Shown: positions 20,022 to 29,914, counted from the stretch's first letter. The stretch: 64,000 nucleotides of DNA from Alistipes onderdonkii (GCA_963612845.1 CAVDWO010000002.1:15335-79334); one strand, 5' to 3'. Notes: generated by a model not told the origin, from the letters alone. A program made the numbers and translations.

Positions 20022-20939
20022 ATGAGCATGGCGTGGTACACGGCACTTGATGAAAAAGTCCGCGAGCGGCTGCCGGACCTTGACTGGGTCTGCGGCGAGC
20101 CGATGGCGAAGCACACCTCGTTCCGCATCGGCGGACCGGCGCGGCGCATGGCGTTTCCGGCGTCCGCCGAACAGATCGTCCTGCTGATGAGCCTTGCGCG
20201 GGAGTGCGGCGTTGAGCCGTTCCTGCTCGGCAACGGCACCAACCTGCTCGTCTCCGACGAGGGGCTCGACACCGTGGTCATCGACACCTCCGCGCGCTTC
20301 ACGCACATCGCGCTGACGGGGGAGGGCGAGCTCACCGCGGACGCGGGCGTGCCGCTTTCGCGGCTGGCGCTGTTCGCGTGGAAAAACGGTCTCACCGGGC
20401 TGGAATTCGCCCACGGGATACCCGGCACGCTCGGCGGCGGCGTCGTGATGAACGCAGGCGCCTACGGCGGGGAGATGAAGGACGTGATCGCCGGGGTGAC
20501 GGCGCTGTACCCTGATGGGGTGCGGACACTCACGCCGGCGGAGCTTGATTTTTCCTACCGGCACAGCGTCTTTTCCGGCGGGGAGGGCATCGTGCTCGGC
20601 GCGCGGCTCCGGCTGCAAAAGGGCGATCCGGCTGCTATCAAGGCGAAGATGGACGACCTGATGGCGCGCCGCAGGGCGAGCCAGCCGCTCGAGCTTCCGA
20701 GCGCGGGCAGCACCTTCAAGCGTCCGGCTGGCTATTTCGCGGGACCGCTGATCGAGGGCTGCGGGCTCAAGGGCGCGCGCGTCGGCGGGGCGGAGGTATC
20801 GCCGAAGCACGCGGGCTTCATCGTCAACACCGGCGGGGCGACCTGCGCGGACGTGCTCGCGCTGATTGAAACGGTGCAGAGGACCGTCTACGACGCGCAC
20901 GGCGTACACCTGGAGCCGGAAGTAAAGCTCGTCCGCTGA
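20022..20939 (+). CDS. murB: UDP-N-acetylmuramate dehydrogenase
   Basis: HTSFRIGGPA, GNGTNLL, GIPGTLGG..MNAGAYG, PSAGSTFKRP. Confidence 0.97.
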   Translation: MSMAWYTALDEKVRERLPDLDWVCGEPMAKHTSFRIGGPARRMAFPASAEQIVLLMSLARECGVEPFLLGNGTNLLVSDEGLDTVVIDTSARFTHIALTGEGELTADAGVPLSRLALFAWKNGLTGLEFAHGIPGTLGGGVVMNAGAYGGEMKDVIAGVTALYPDGVRTLTPAELDFSYRHSVFSGGEGIVLGARLRLQKGDPAAIKAKMDDLMARRRASQPLELPSAGSTFKRPAGYFAGPLIEGCGLKGARVGGAEVSPKHAGFIVNTGGATCADVLALIETVQRTVYDAHGVHLEPEVKLVR

Positions 20940-20952
20940 GGGAGGACACAAG

Positions 20953-21816
20953 ATGGAGATCCTGATCATATCCGGGCTGTCCGGCGCGGGAAAGTCCAGC
21001 GCGGCAGCCTATCTGGAGGATATCGGCTATTATACGATGGACAATGTCCCTGCCGACATTATCCTGAAATTCGCCGAGTTCTGCGCGCAGAGCGACGGGC
21101 GCTACGACCGAGTCGCGCTCGTGAGCGATATCCGCTCGGGCGACGGGAGCTTCGGCGCGCTGCTCGGCGCGATGGAGCGGCTGCGTCAGGGCGGCGACGT
21201 CTGCCGCCTGCTCTTTATGACCGCGGAGCTTGAGACGATCATACATCGCTATAAGGAAACGCGCCGCCGCCACCCGCTGATGGAGGACGGCATGACCGTC
21301 GAGCAGGCGGCTCGGCGCGAGGAGGAGCTGCTGCGTCCGCTGCGCGAGCGGGCGGACTTCGTCATCGACACGACGGGTCTGAGCGCGGCGAAGCTCCGCA
21401 GCGAGCTGTACGGAATGTTCGGCGACAGGAGCGCGCGCGGGAGACTGAGCGTCAGCGTCGTCTCCTTCGGCTATAAATACGGTCTGCCGCGCGAGGCGGA
21501 CCTCGTGTTCGACGTGCGCTTCCTGCCCAATCCCTTCTATGTGCCGGAGCTGAAGCGCAGGACGGGCATGGAGCAGGAGGTATACGATTACGTATTCTCC
21601 TTCCCGCAGACGAAGACGTTTACGGACAAGCTTGAGGAGCTGCTCGCCTTCCTGCTGCCGCTCTACGCGGAGGAGGGGAAGAGCACGCTCATGCTCGCCT
21701 TCGGCTGCACGGGCGGGCGCCACAGGAGCGTTTCCGTTGCGCGGCACGTCGCGTCGTATCTGAACGGGCTGGGCTATCCGGTCTTTGAGAGCCACCGCGA
21801 TCTGGCGCGCGGATAG
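20953..21816 (+). CDS. rapZ: RNase adapter RapZ/YvcJ
   Basis: SGLSGAGKS, ETRRRHP, FDVRFLPNP, GCTGGRHRSV. Confidence 0.96.
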   Translation: MEILIISGLSGAGKSSAAAYLEDIGYYTMDNVPADIILKFAEFCAQSDGRYDRVALVSDIRSGDGSFGALLGAMERLRQGGDVCRLLFMTAELETIIHRYKETRRRHPLMEDGMTVEQAARREEELLRPLRERADFVIDTTGLSAAKLRSELYGMFGDRSARGRLSVSVVSFGYKYGLPREADLVFDVRFLPNPFYVPELKRRTGMEQEVYDYVFSFPQTKTFTDKLEELLAFLLPLYAEEGKSTLMLAFGCTGGRHRSVSVARHVASYLNGLGYPVFESHRDLARG

Positions 21817-21840
21817 CGCGCGAAAGGGGGAGACGGCGGA

Positions 21841-22752
21841 ATGTCCTTTGCCTATGACGTGAAGGCGGAGCTTTGCAAAGCGCCGCTCAGCCGCGCCTGC
21901 TGCGCCGTGGCGGAGAGCTGCGGCGTGCTGCTGTACGCGAGCTGCTTTTCTGCGGGAGAGGTGCGCATCGTCACGGAGAACGACGAGTTTGCCGCCCGCC
22001 TGCCGCGGCTTTTCCGCAAGGCGTTCGCCCTGCAATTCGACGAGCTGCCCGCGGAGGAAAGGAGCGGCGGCAAGCTCATCTTCCGTATCACGCGGGAGGA
22101 AAAGCTCGACGCGATCTGGCGCGCGCTCGGCTATGACCGGCGGGCGCACTTCGCGCTGCACCTGAATTTTGCGCTGCTGGAGGAGGAATGCTGCCGCGCG
22201 GCGTTCCTGCGGGGGGCGTTCCTCGCGGGCGGCAGCGTGACCGACCCGCGCAAGCGCTACCATCTGGAGCTTGCGACCTCGCACCTGCAGGCGGGGCGCG
22301 AGGTCGAGGCGCTGCTGCGCGATATGGGCTTTGAGCCGAAGAACGTCATGCGGCAGGGGAGCCTCATCACCTATTTCAAGAGCAGCGAGCATATCGAGGA
22401 TCTGCTCACGCTGATCGGCGCGCCGGGACGGGCGCTCGAAATCATGTCGGCAAAGGTCGAAAAGGAGATGCGCAACACCGTGAACCGCCGCGTCAACTGT
22501 GACGCGGCAAACCTCGACAAGGCAGTGCTCGCCTCGCGTGAACAGGTGGAAGCCTTTACACGACTGACCGAGTCCGGCGTCCTCAACGACCTGCCGGTGA
22601 AGCTGCAGGAGGTCGCCGTCGCACGGCTTTTGCAACCGGAGCTGACGCTTTCGGAGCTGGCGGCGACGTTCGACCCGCCGCTGACGAAATCCTGCCTGAA
22701 CCACCGCGTGCGCAAGCTGATGGAGCTTGCCGGCGGGGAGAAAAAAAGCTGA
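21841..22752 (+). CDS. whiA: DNA-binding protein WhiA
   Basis: LRGAFLAGGSVTDP, NRRVNCDAANLDK, TKSCLNHR. Confidence 0.95.
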   Translation: MSFAYDVKAELCKAPLSRACCAVAESCGVLLYASCFSAGEVRIVTENDEFAARLPRLFRKAFALQFDELPAEERSGGKLIFRITREEKLDAIWRALGYDRRAHFALHLNFALLEEECCRAAFLRGAFLAGGSVTDPRKRYHLELATSHLQAGREVEALLRDMGFEPKNVMRQGSLITYFKSSEHIEDLLTLIGAPGRALEIMSAKVEKEMRNTVNRRVNCDAANLDKAVLASREQVEAFTRLTESGVLNDLPVKLQEVAVARLLQPELTLSELAATFDPPLTKSCLNHRVRKLMELAGGEKKS

Positions 22753-22770
22753 AAGAAAGGAGCGCGCGCC

Positions 22771-25700
22771 ATGCCGTTCGTCCATCTGCACGTCCATACC
22801 GAATACAGCCTGCTCGACGGAGCCTGCCGCATCCGCGATCTGCCGAAGCTGGTCAAGTCGATGGGGCAGACCGCCTGCGCCATCACCGACCACGGCGTGA
22901 TGTACGGCGCGATCGACTTTTACCGCGCCTGCAAGGCCGAGGGGATCAAGCCCATCATCGGCTGCGAGGTCTACGTCGCGCCACGCACGCGCTTCGATAA
23001 GCAGCACGAATTCGACAGCGAGGCGCGCCATCTGGTGCTGCTGTGTGAGAATGAGGAGGGCTACCGCAACCTCTCCTACCTCGTCTCGATGGCGCACGTG
23101 GAGGGCTTTTACATCAAGCCGCGCATCGACCTTGATCTCCTGCGCGAACATTCCAAGGGGCTGATCGCGCTCTCGGCGTGCCTTGCGGGCGAGATCCCGC
23201 GTCGGCTGCGCAACGGTGACTACGATGGCGCAAAGGAATATGCCTTGACACTGTCGGAGATCTTCGGTCCCGAGCATTTTTATCTGGAGCTTCAGGATCA
23301 CGGAATCCGTGAGCAGGCGGTCGTCAACAAGGGTATCCTGCGCCTGCACGAGGAGACGGGGCTGCCGCTCGTCGTGACGAACGACGCGCACTATCTCAAG
23401 AAAGAGGACGCCTACGCGCACGACGTGCTGCTGTGCATCCAAACGGGCAGGACCGTGGACGACGAGAACCGTATGCGCTACGAGCCGCAGCGCTTCTACC
23501 TGCGCTCGACGGAGGAGATGGCGGCGCTGTTCCCGGACTATCCCGAGGCGGTCGAGAACACCGGCAGGATCGCCGAGCGCTGCAATCTGGAGTTCACCTT
23601 CGGCAAGTACCACCTGCCGGAGTTCAAGGTGCCGGAGGGCTACACCTCGCTTACTTATTTCAAAAAGCTCTGCGCGGACGGCTTTGCTCAGCGCTACGGC
23701 GAGGGGACGGACGCGCAGCGCGCGCAGCTCGAATATGAGCAGAGCATGATCGAGCGCATGGGCTTTGTGGATTATTTTCTGATCGTCTCCGATTTCGTGC
23801 GCTACGCCAAGAGCGTCGGGATCCCCGTCGGTCCGGGGCGCGGCAGCGCAGCGGGCAGCATCGTGTCGTACTGCCTGTCCATCACGGACATCGAGCCGAT
23901 GAAGTACGGGCTGTTCTTCGAGCGCTTCCTGAATCCCGAGCGCGTGTCCATGCCGGATATCGACATGGACTTCGGCGACACGCGCCGCGGCGAGGTTGTC
24001 GATTACGTCCGCCGCAAGTACGGCGACGACCACGTCGCCCAGATCGTGACCTTCGGCACGATGGCGGCGCGCGGCGTGATCCGCGACGTCGGGCGCGCGC
24101 TCAACATGAGCTATGCAGACTGCGATGTGATCGCCAAGCTCGTGCCCAACGCGCTGCACATCACGCTCGACGACGCGCTGCGCGTCTCGCGCGAGCTGCG
24201 CGAGAGGTATGAGAGCGACGAGCAGGTGAAAACGCTCATCGACACGGCGCGCGCGCTCGAGGGAATGCCGCGCCACGCCTCCACGCACGCGGCGGGCGTG
24301 GTCATCACGAAGCGTCCGGTCGTGGACTATGTGCCGCTCGCGCGCAACGACGATACCATCGTCTGCCAGTATGTGATGACGACGCTTGAGGAGCTGGGAC
24401 TGCTCAAGATGGACTTCCTCGGGCTGCGGAACCTCACCATTCTGGACGACGCGGTGAAGATGATCCGTGAAAAGGATAAAGACTTTACACTTGCCGGTAT
24501 TCCGGAGGATGACGCCGCCACCTATGAGATGCTGGCGGCAGGGCGGACGAGCGGCGTATTCCAGCTCGAATCGAGCGGCATGACGGGCGTCTGCGTCAGC
24601 ATGAGACCGCAGAGCATCGAGGATATCACGGCGCTGATCGCGCTCTACCGTCCCGGTCCGATGGAATCCATTCCGAAATTCATCGCCTGCAAACACGACC
24701 CGAAAAAGGTCACATACCTTATTCCGCAGCTCGAGCCGATCCTGTCGATCACCTACGGCTGCATCGTGTATCAGGAGCAGGTCATCCAGATCTTCCAGCA
24801 GCTCGCGGGCTACTCGCTCGGGCAGGCGGATATGCTGCGCCGCGCGATGAGCAAGAAGAAGGTCAAGGACATCGAGCGCGAGCGCGAGGCGTTCGTCCAC
24901 GGCGACCCGGCGCGGAACATCGCCGGCTGCGCCGCCAACGGCATCGACGAGAGCGCCGCGCAGGAGATCTACGAGGAGATCTACGCCTTTGCGAACTACG
25001 CCTTCAACAAGGCGCACGCCGCGGCTTACGCGGTCGTCGCGTACCAGACGGCGTATTTCAAGTGCCACTACACGAGAGAGTACATGGCGGCGCTGCTCTC
25101 GAGCGTACTGGACGCGGCCGGCAAGGTCGGGGAATACTTCAACGAGTGCCGCGAGTGCGGCATCAAGCTGCTGCCGCCGGACGTGAACCATTCGCTCGAC
25201 CGCTTCACGGTCGAGCCGGAGGGGATCCGCTTCGGGCTCGTGGCGATCAAGAGCATCGGGCGCGGACTGATCGCGCGGCTGCTCCAGGAGCGCGGGCTGC
25301 ACGGTCCGTTCACGGATTTTCAGGATTTCTGCCGCCGCATGGACGGCATGGAGATCAACAAACGCGCGGTGGAGAATCTGATCCGCGCGGGCGCGTTCGA
25401 CTCGCTGGGCGCAAAGCGCTCGCAGCTCATCGCCGTGTATGAAAAGGTGATGGACGGCATCGCCGAGGGCAACCGCACCAACGTCGAAGGGCAGATCGAC
25501 TTCTTCGGCATGGGTGCGGAGACCGCGCAGCAGCAGGCGCTCGTCCTGCCGGATATTCCGGAGTTCTCGCCGCAGGAGCTGATGGCGATGGAGCGGGCGA
25601 CGACGGGGCTGTATCTCTCCGGCCACCCGATGGACGCCTACCGCTCCGTCGCCCGCGCGAGCGGCGCGGCCCCCATCGGGCGCGTGATGGAGGACTTTGC

Positions 25701-26235
25701 GCAGGAGGAGGGACCGGCTAACTTTTCCGACGGGCAGCGCCTTACGCTCGCCGGCGTTGTGACCGCGAGCAAGACCAAGATGACCAAAAAGAACACGATG
25801 ATGGCTTACGTCACGCTTGAGGACAATACGGGCAGCATCGAGATGCTCTGCTTTTCGCGCGTCATCGAGCAGTACGGCAGCTTCCTGCGGGAGGGGCAGA
25901 TCCTCCGCGTGGACGGCACGCTCTCCGTGCGGGACGAGAAGGCGCCGCAGCTGATGTGCGACCGCGTCCGTCCCCTCACGGAGGACGGCGCCGCGGCAGC
26001 AGCCGCCGCCCCGCAGCGGGACAGCCGCACGCTCTATGTGCGTCTGCCGTCGGCGGACGGACCGGAGATGGAGATGCTGAAGAAGGTGCTCTTCATGTTC
26101 GAGGGGCAGAGCAGCAGCGTCCGTATCCGCCTTTCGGACAGCGGCAAGCTCATCGGCACGACCTGCGAGCTGCATCCCGCGCTCGTGCGCGATCTGGAGG
26201 AGCGCTTCGGCAGGGAGAACGTGGTGGTGAAGTGA
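22771..26235 (+). CDS. dnaE: DNA polymerase III alpha subunit DnaE
   Basis: FVHLHVHTEYSLLDG, GPGRGSAAGS, MPDIDMDF, KMDFLGL, YAFNKAH. Confidence 0.98.
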   Translation: MPFVHLHVHTEYSLLDGACRIRDLPKLVKSMGQTACAITDHGVMYGAIDFYRACKAEGIKPIIGCEVYVAPRTRFDKQHEFDSEARHLVLLCENEEGYRNLSYLVSMAHVEGFYIKPRIDLDLLREHSKGLIALSACLAGEIPRRLRNGDYDGAKEYALTLSEIFGPEHFYLELQDHGIREQAVVNKGILRLHEETGLPLVVTNDAHYLKKEDAYAHDVLLCIQTGRTVDDENRMRYEPQRFYLRSTEEMAALFPDYPEAVENTGRIAERCNLEFTFGKYHLPEFKVPEGYTSLTYFKKLCADGFAQRYGEGTDAQRAQLEYEQSMIERMGFVDYFLIVSDFVRYAKSVGIPVGPGRGSAAGSIVSYCLSITDIEPMKYGLFFERFLNPERVSMPDIDMDFGDTRRGEVVDYVRRKYGDDHVAQIVTFGTMAARGVIRDVGRALNMSYADCDVIAKLVPNALHITLDDALRVSRELRERYESDEQVKTLIDTARALEGMPRHASTHAAGVVITKRPVVDYVPLARNDDTIVCQYVMTTLEELGLLKMDFLGLRNLTILDDAVKMIREKDKDFTLAGIPEDDAATYEMLAAGRTSGVFQLESSGMTGVCVSMRPQSIEDITALIALYRPGPMESIPKFIACKHDPKKVTYLIPQLEPILSITYGCIVYQEQVIQIFQQLAGYSLGQADMLRRAMSKKKVKDIEREREAFVHGDPARNIAGCAANGIDESAAQEIYEEIYAFANYAFNKAHAAAYAVVAYQTAYFKCHYTREYMAALLSSVLDAAGKVGEYFNECRECGIKLLPPDVNHSLDRFTVEPEGIRFGLVAIKSIGRGLIARLLQERGLHGPFTDFQDFCRRMDGMEINKRAVENLIRAGAFDSLGAKRSQLIAVYEKVMDGIAEGNRTNVEGQIDFFGMGAETAQQQALVLPDIPEFSPQELMAMERATTGLYLSGHPMDAYRSVARASGAAPIGRVMEDFAQEEGPANFSDGQRLTLAGVVTASKTKMTKKNTMMAYVTLEDNTGSIEMLCFSRVIEQYGSFLREGQILRVDGTLSVRDEKAPQLMCDRVRPLTEDGAAAAAAAPQRDSRTLYVRLPSADGPEMEMLKKVLFMFEGQSSSVRIRLSDSGKLIGTTCELHPALVRDLEERFGRENVVVK

Positions 26236-26255
26236 AAAGAAAGGAGCCTGCGGTG

Positions 26256-26282
26256 ATGAGATTGCGTATACCCATGATTTGA
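26256..26282 (+). CDS. Putative regulatory leader peptide MRLRIPMI (alternative GTG starts at 26253 or 26232)
   Basis: SD AAGGAG 26241-26246; RLR motif; its 3' end forms the left arm of a hairpin overlapping the downstream SD. Confidence 0.6.
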   Translation: MRLRIPMI

Positions 26283-26307
26283 GTCTATCAAAATCATGGA
26301 GGAAATT

Positions 26308-26706
26308 ATGAAGATCATCGAATATTCGCAGTACCGTGCATCGGAGGTCGTGCCGCTGTACGCCTCCGTCGGCTGGACGGCTTACAGCGACGAGCCGGAG
26401 ACGCTGCGGCGCGGCTTTGAGCGCTCCTTGCTGACGCTCGCCGCCTACGAGGGGAAAACGCTCGTCGGACTTGTCCGCGCCGTGGGCGACGGGGAAACGG
26501 TCGTGCTGGTGCAGGACCTGCTCGTCTGCCCGCAGTATCAGCGGCGCGGCGTCGGTACGGCGCTGATGCGCGCGCTGATGGCGCGCTTTGCCGGCGTGCG
26601 GCAGCTCCAGCTCGTGACGGACGAAACGGAGAGGACGACCGCGTTCTACCACTCGCTGGGACTGCGCGAGATTTCAAGCCTCGGCTGCCGCGCGTTCATG
26701 CGGTGA
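26308..26706 (+). CDS. GNAT family N-acetyltransferase
   Basis: LYASVGW, VGDG, QDLLVCPQYQRRGVG acetyl-CoA motif, AFYHSLG; SD GGAGG 26298-26302. Confidence 0.9.
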   Translation: MKIIEYSQYRASEVVPLYASVGWTAYSDEPETLRRGFERSLLTLAAYEGKTLVGLVRAVGDGETVVLVQDLLVCPQYQRRGVGTALMRALMARFAGVRQLQLVTDETERTTAFYHSLGLREISSLGCRAFMR

Positions 26707-26721
26707 AGCCTGCGAAAAACA

Positions 26722-26761
26722 GAAAACGCCCGCCCATTTTTCGTGGGGCGGGCGCTTTTTT
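26722..26761. terminator. Bidirectional terminator
   Basis: CGCCCGCCC/GGGCGGGCG stem flanked by A and T runs between convergent genes. Confidence 0.85.
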
Positions 26762-26764
26762 ACG

Positions 26765-27307
26765 TTATTTCTCCCCGTCGGGGTCGGCGAAGAGCGTGTT
26801 CAGGATGCCGGTATAGAGCTGCTCGGGATTTTTCTGGAAGCGCGCGGCAAGCTCCTTTGCCATGACCTCCTTTGGCACCATCAGCTCCATCTTGAGGAGC
26901 GGCTGATCGTCATCGTCGTTGAAGGCGAGGGTGACGGTATAGGTCCCGTTGCGGCGGGGCTGGCAGTCCGCCTTGATCTGCGCGCGGCGTCGGAGCTTCT
27001 GGTTGAAGATGGTAAGGTCGCGGTCGGCACGCAGGCGCACGGAGTAGGGCAGGCTCGATTCACAGATCGCGCCGTTGTGCAGCCCCTTTTCGGTGATGGC
27101 GTACAGCCCGTCGTCCGAGAGTGAGAGGTGCTGCGACTCGACCAGCGCGTTCAGACACTCGGAAAAATCGAAGAAGTCAACGCCCTCGTCGCACATCGTC
27201 AGCTCCTGCATGGCTTCAAACGGGACCGGCTCGCAGAGCCGCGCCGCCACATATAAAATAAGGAACTTGATCTCCAGCTTGTCCTGAATGAAACCGACGC
27301 GACCCAT
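26765..27307 (-). CDS. DUF4364-like winged-helix protein
   Basis: IKFLILY..YAITEKG..LPYSVR pattern; SD AAGGAGGT; TATAAT at 27340-27345 (minus). Confidence 0.75.
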   Translation of the reverse strand: MGRVGFIQDKLEIKFLILYVAARLCEPVPFEAMQELTMCDEGVDFFDFSECLNALVESQHLSLSDDGLYAITEKGLHNGAICESSLPYSVRLRADRDLTIFNQKLRRRAQIKADCQPRRNGTYTVTLAFNDDDDQPLLKMELMVPKEVMAKELAARFQKNPEQLYTGILNTLFADPDGEK

Positions 27308-27493
27308 AGCGTACCTCCTTGGGCATCTGACTGGGCTGTATTATACCGCGTTCGCGGCGGTTTGTATAGGCTTTTTTCAAAAAAGGCGCGCGCGGGCGCA
27401 CCCCTCACGCCGCGCGGCATAGACTGGGGTGAAAGAAAAACGGCGCTCTCGCCGGTCTTTCAGAAGTTACTTAGATCAGGAGGTATCTGATGT

Positions 27494-28363
27494 ATGGCTG
27501 ATAAAGTAGTGGCAGGTCCGGTGAGCGGCGCGAACGGCGTGCGCGAGGCGGTCTGTATCAATACGAAGAAGATCTACTCGTCCTGCAGGGATAAGGACTG
27601 CATCGAGGATCTGCGCTTTTACCCCACGACGAGCGCGCAGAGCGTGCTGAGCACCGCGCAGGGGCTCCGCGGCGGCAGCGCCGAGCTGCTCTACACCTTC
27701 GTGGACGTTGAGCCGGTCAATTTCAACCGCGGGTACTACACCGTCGATATGCGGTTTTTCTACCGCATCGTTTTGCAGGCGCTGATGAACGGGAGCACGC
27801 GCTATACCGAGATCGAGGGGCTTGCGACCTTTGACAAGCGCGTGGTGCTCTTCGGCAGCGAGAGCGGCGCGAAGATCTACTCCTCCCGCCCCGTGGCGAA
27901 TGCGCCGGATATGCCGCTCGACCTGACGGCGAACCTGCCCATCGCCGTGGTCTCGGTCACGGACCCGATCCTGCTGTGCGCGCACTTTGCCGACAACTGC
28001 AACTGCCGCTGTGGCTGCGACCGCGGAACGCTCGGCGGCGTCCCCGAGGGGATCCTTGAAGCGTTCAGCGAGCCTGTCATCTTCGACGAGTCCGCGATCC
28101 GCCGCGTGTGCGTGTCGCTCGGACAGTTCTCCACGGTGCGGCTCGAGCGCGACACGCAGCTGCTCGTCCCCGTGTACGATTACTGTATCCCCTCGACCGA
28201 GTGTACGCTGGCGAATCTCGGCGACTGTTCGAGTGAGGACCCGTGCAAGGTCTTCGACTCGGTGGAGTTCCCGCTGGACGATTTCTTCCCGCCCAACACC
28301 ATCTCTTCCAGCAGCAGCACCGGAAGCACCGGCAGCGGAAGCAACTGCGGCTGCGGGAGCTGA
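27494..28363 (+). CDS. Cys-rich hypothetical protein, possibly sporulation/coat
   Basis: SD AGGAGGT; CINTKKIYSSCRDKDC; CATAGACT SigE/K-like -10 at 27418-27425. Confidence 0.7.
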   Translation: MADKVVAGPVSGANGVREAVCINTKKIYSSCRDKDCIEDLRFYPTTSAQSVLSTAQGLRGGSAELLYTFVDVEPVNFNRGYYTVDMRFFYRIVLQALMNGSTRYTEIEGLATFDKRVVLFGSESGAKIYSSRPVANAPDMPLDLTANLPIAVVSVTDPILLCAHFADNCNCRCGCDRGTLGGVPEGILEAFSEPVIFDESAIRRVCVSLGQFSTVRLERDTQLLVPVYDYCIPSTECTLANLGDCSSEDPCKVFDSVEFPLDDFFPPNTISSSSSTGSTGSGSNCGCGS

Positions 28364-28392
28364 GAAAAAACGGGGGTATTCCCCGTTTTTTC
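28364..28392 (+). terminator. Intrinsic terminator
   Basis: GAAAAAACGGGG-GTATT-CCCCGTTTTTTC. Confidence 0.8.
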
Positions 28393-28395
28393 TTT

Positions 28396-28424
28396 GCATA
28401 AGCCCGTCCGCGCGCTCATAGAGT
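28396..28424 (+). promoter_or_regulatory. SigE-type promoter of spoIIIA operon
   Basis: gcATA-16-CATAGAGT matches the SigE consensus ATA-N16-18-CATAcaNT; spoIIIA is a known SigE target. Confidence 0.7.
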
Positions 28425-28455
28425 GGAGTATCACAAGAGAGGGGAGCGCGTGAGA

Positions 28456-29394
28456 ATGGAACGGATCGATCGGATCTATCGCTACGAGCAGGCGTGCGAG
28501 TTTCTTCCGCACCGGCTCCGGCGGCTGGCGCTTGGGCTGCCGGACGCGCAGAAGGAGCGCACCGAGGAGCTGCGCCTGCGCGTGATGCGGCCGCTGACCG
28601 TGCTGACACCGGAGGGGGAGCTGAATGCCGCGAGCGCGGACAGTGCGGCGCTCGTGACGGCGGAGGATCTGGAGCAGATGCTCGGCGCGGTGACGGAGTA
28701 TTCCCGCTATGCCGCCGCCGAAACGCTGCGCCAGGGCTTCGTGCCGCTGCGCGGGGGCTTTCGCCTCGGCGTGTGCGGGAGCGCCGTCGTGCGCGGCGGC
28801 GAGGTGTGCGGGCTGAAGGATATCTCCTCGGCGGCGCTGCGCATCGTCCGCGAGCAGATCGGGCTGGCAAGCGGCATCGCGCCGCAGCTGTTCGGCGCGG
28901 ACGGGCGGTTTGAAAGCACGCTGCTCCTCTCGCCGCCGGGCGGCGGCAAGACGACGCTGCTGCGCGACCTGATCCGCACGCTCTCGCTCGGCGACAGCGA
29001 GCACCGCGCGCTGCGCGTGGCGGTGATCGACGAGCGCTGCGAGATCGCCGTGTGCCATCAGGGCAGGGCGCAGATGGAGCTCGGCAGTCACACGGACGTG
29101 CTCTCGCTCTGCCCGAAGGCGGCGGGGATCCCGATGGTGCTGCGCGGCATGGCGCCGCAGCTGATCGCCGTGGACGAGATCACGGCGCAGGAGGATATCC
29201 GCGCGATGTGCCACGCCGCCAACTGCGGCGTGGGGCTGCTGGCGAGCATTCACGCCGCGGACGCGGACGAGCTGACGCGCAAGCCGCTGTGGAGAGAGCT
29301 GCTGGACGCGGGCGTGTTCCGGCGCTGTGTCGTGATCCGCTGCGAGGACGGCGCGCGCCGCTATGAGGTGCGGGAGCTGCCATGCTGCGCGTGA
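28456..29394 (+). CDS. spoIIIAA: Stage III sporulation protein AA (ATPase)
   Basis: EELRLR, SPPGGGKTTLLRD, IDERCEIA, PQLIAVDEI; start could be GTG 28450. Confidence 0.93.
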   Translation: MERIDRIYRYEQACEFLPHRLRRLALGLPDAQKERTEELRLRVMRPLTVLTPEGELNAASADSAALVTAEDLEQMLGAVTEYSRYAAAETLRQGFVPLRGGFRLGVCGSAVVRGGEVCGLKDISSAALRIVREQIGLASGIAPQLFGADGRFESTLLLSPPGGGKTTLLRDLIRTLSLGDSEHRALRVAVIDERCEIAVCHQGRAQMELGSHTDVLSLCPKAAGIPMVLRGMAPQLIAVDEITAQEDIRAMCHAANCGVGLLASIHAADADELTRKPLWRELLDAGVFRRCVVIRCEDGARRYEVRELPCCA

Positions 29395-29873
29395 CGGGCG
29401 CGGCGCTGGTGCTCGTGTCCGCCGCCGCCCTGCGGGGCGGGCTGCTCTCCGGCGCACGGCTGCGGCGCAGGACGCTGCGCGCGCTCGCGGAGGCATTTTC
29501 CGCGTTGGAGAGCGCCGTGCGGTCAACGCTCACGCCGCTGCCGCCGCTGCTGCGGGAGCTTCCCTGCGGGGAGGAAGCGCGGGCGTTTTTCGACGCCGTG
29601 CTGCGCGGTCTTGCGCGGGAGCAGACGCTTGCGCGCTCGTGGGAGGACGCGGCGCGCTCGCTGCCGATCGGGGAGACGGAACGCGCCGCCGTTGCCGCGC
29701 TGGGCGGAGCGCCGGCATGGGACGAGCAGAGCTTCTGCGCCGCGCTGCGGCGGACAGCGGAGCTGCTGGACGCATCGGAGCGGCGGCTCGCGTCGCAGGA
29801 GCGCGAGCAGGGGCGCGTGACGACCGCGCTGTGTCTCGGCGGCGGCGCGATCCTCTGCATCATGCTGCTGTGA
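29382..29873 (+). CDS. spoIIIAB: Stage III sporulation protein AB
   Basis: Position, size, terminal TM helices. Confidence 0.8.
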   Translation: MLRVTGAALVLVSAAALRGGLLSGARLRRRTLRALAEAFSALESAVRSTLTPLPPLLRELPCGEEARAFFDAVLRGLAREQTLARSWEDAARSLPIGETERAAVAALGGAPAWDEQSFCAALRRTAELLDASERRLASQEREQGRVTTALCLGGGAILCIMLL

Positions 29874-29914
29874 AGGACTGAAAAGCGAAAATACTTTACA
29901 TAAGGAAGAGACGT

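Noticed and set aside
21816..21841. yvcK absent between rapZ and whiA; likewise coaBC absent between rpoZ and priA
   Set aside because: Ordinary gene-order variation in Clostridia; cannot be read as loss from one window.
2529..26235. Two replicative polymerases (polC and dnaE)
   Set aside because: Normal for Firmicutes; no intein or other insertion seen.
20824..26652. 1942-aa minus-strand ORF, and similar long antisense ORFs such as 3354-6443, 49294-51804 and 61421-63691
   Set aside because: Shadow ORFs opposite well-conserved genes, caused by high GC and codon bias; no recognisable motifs.
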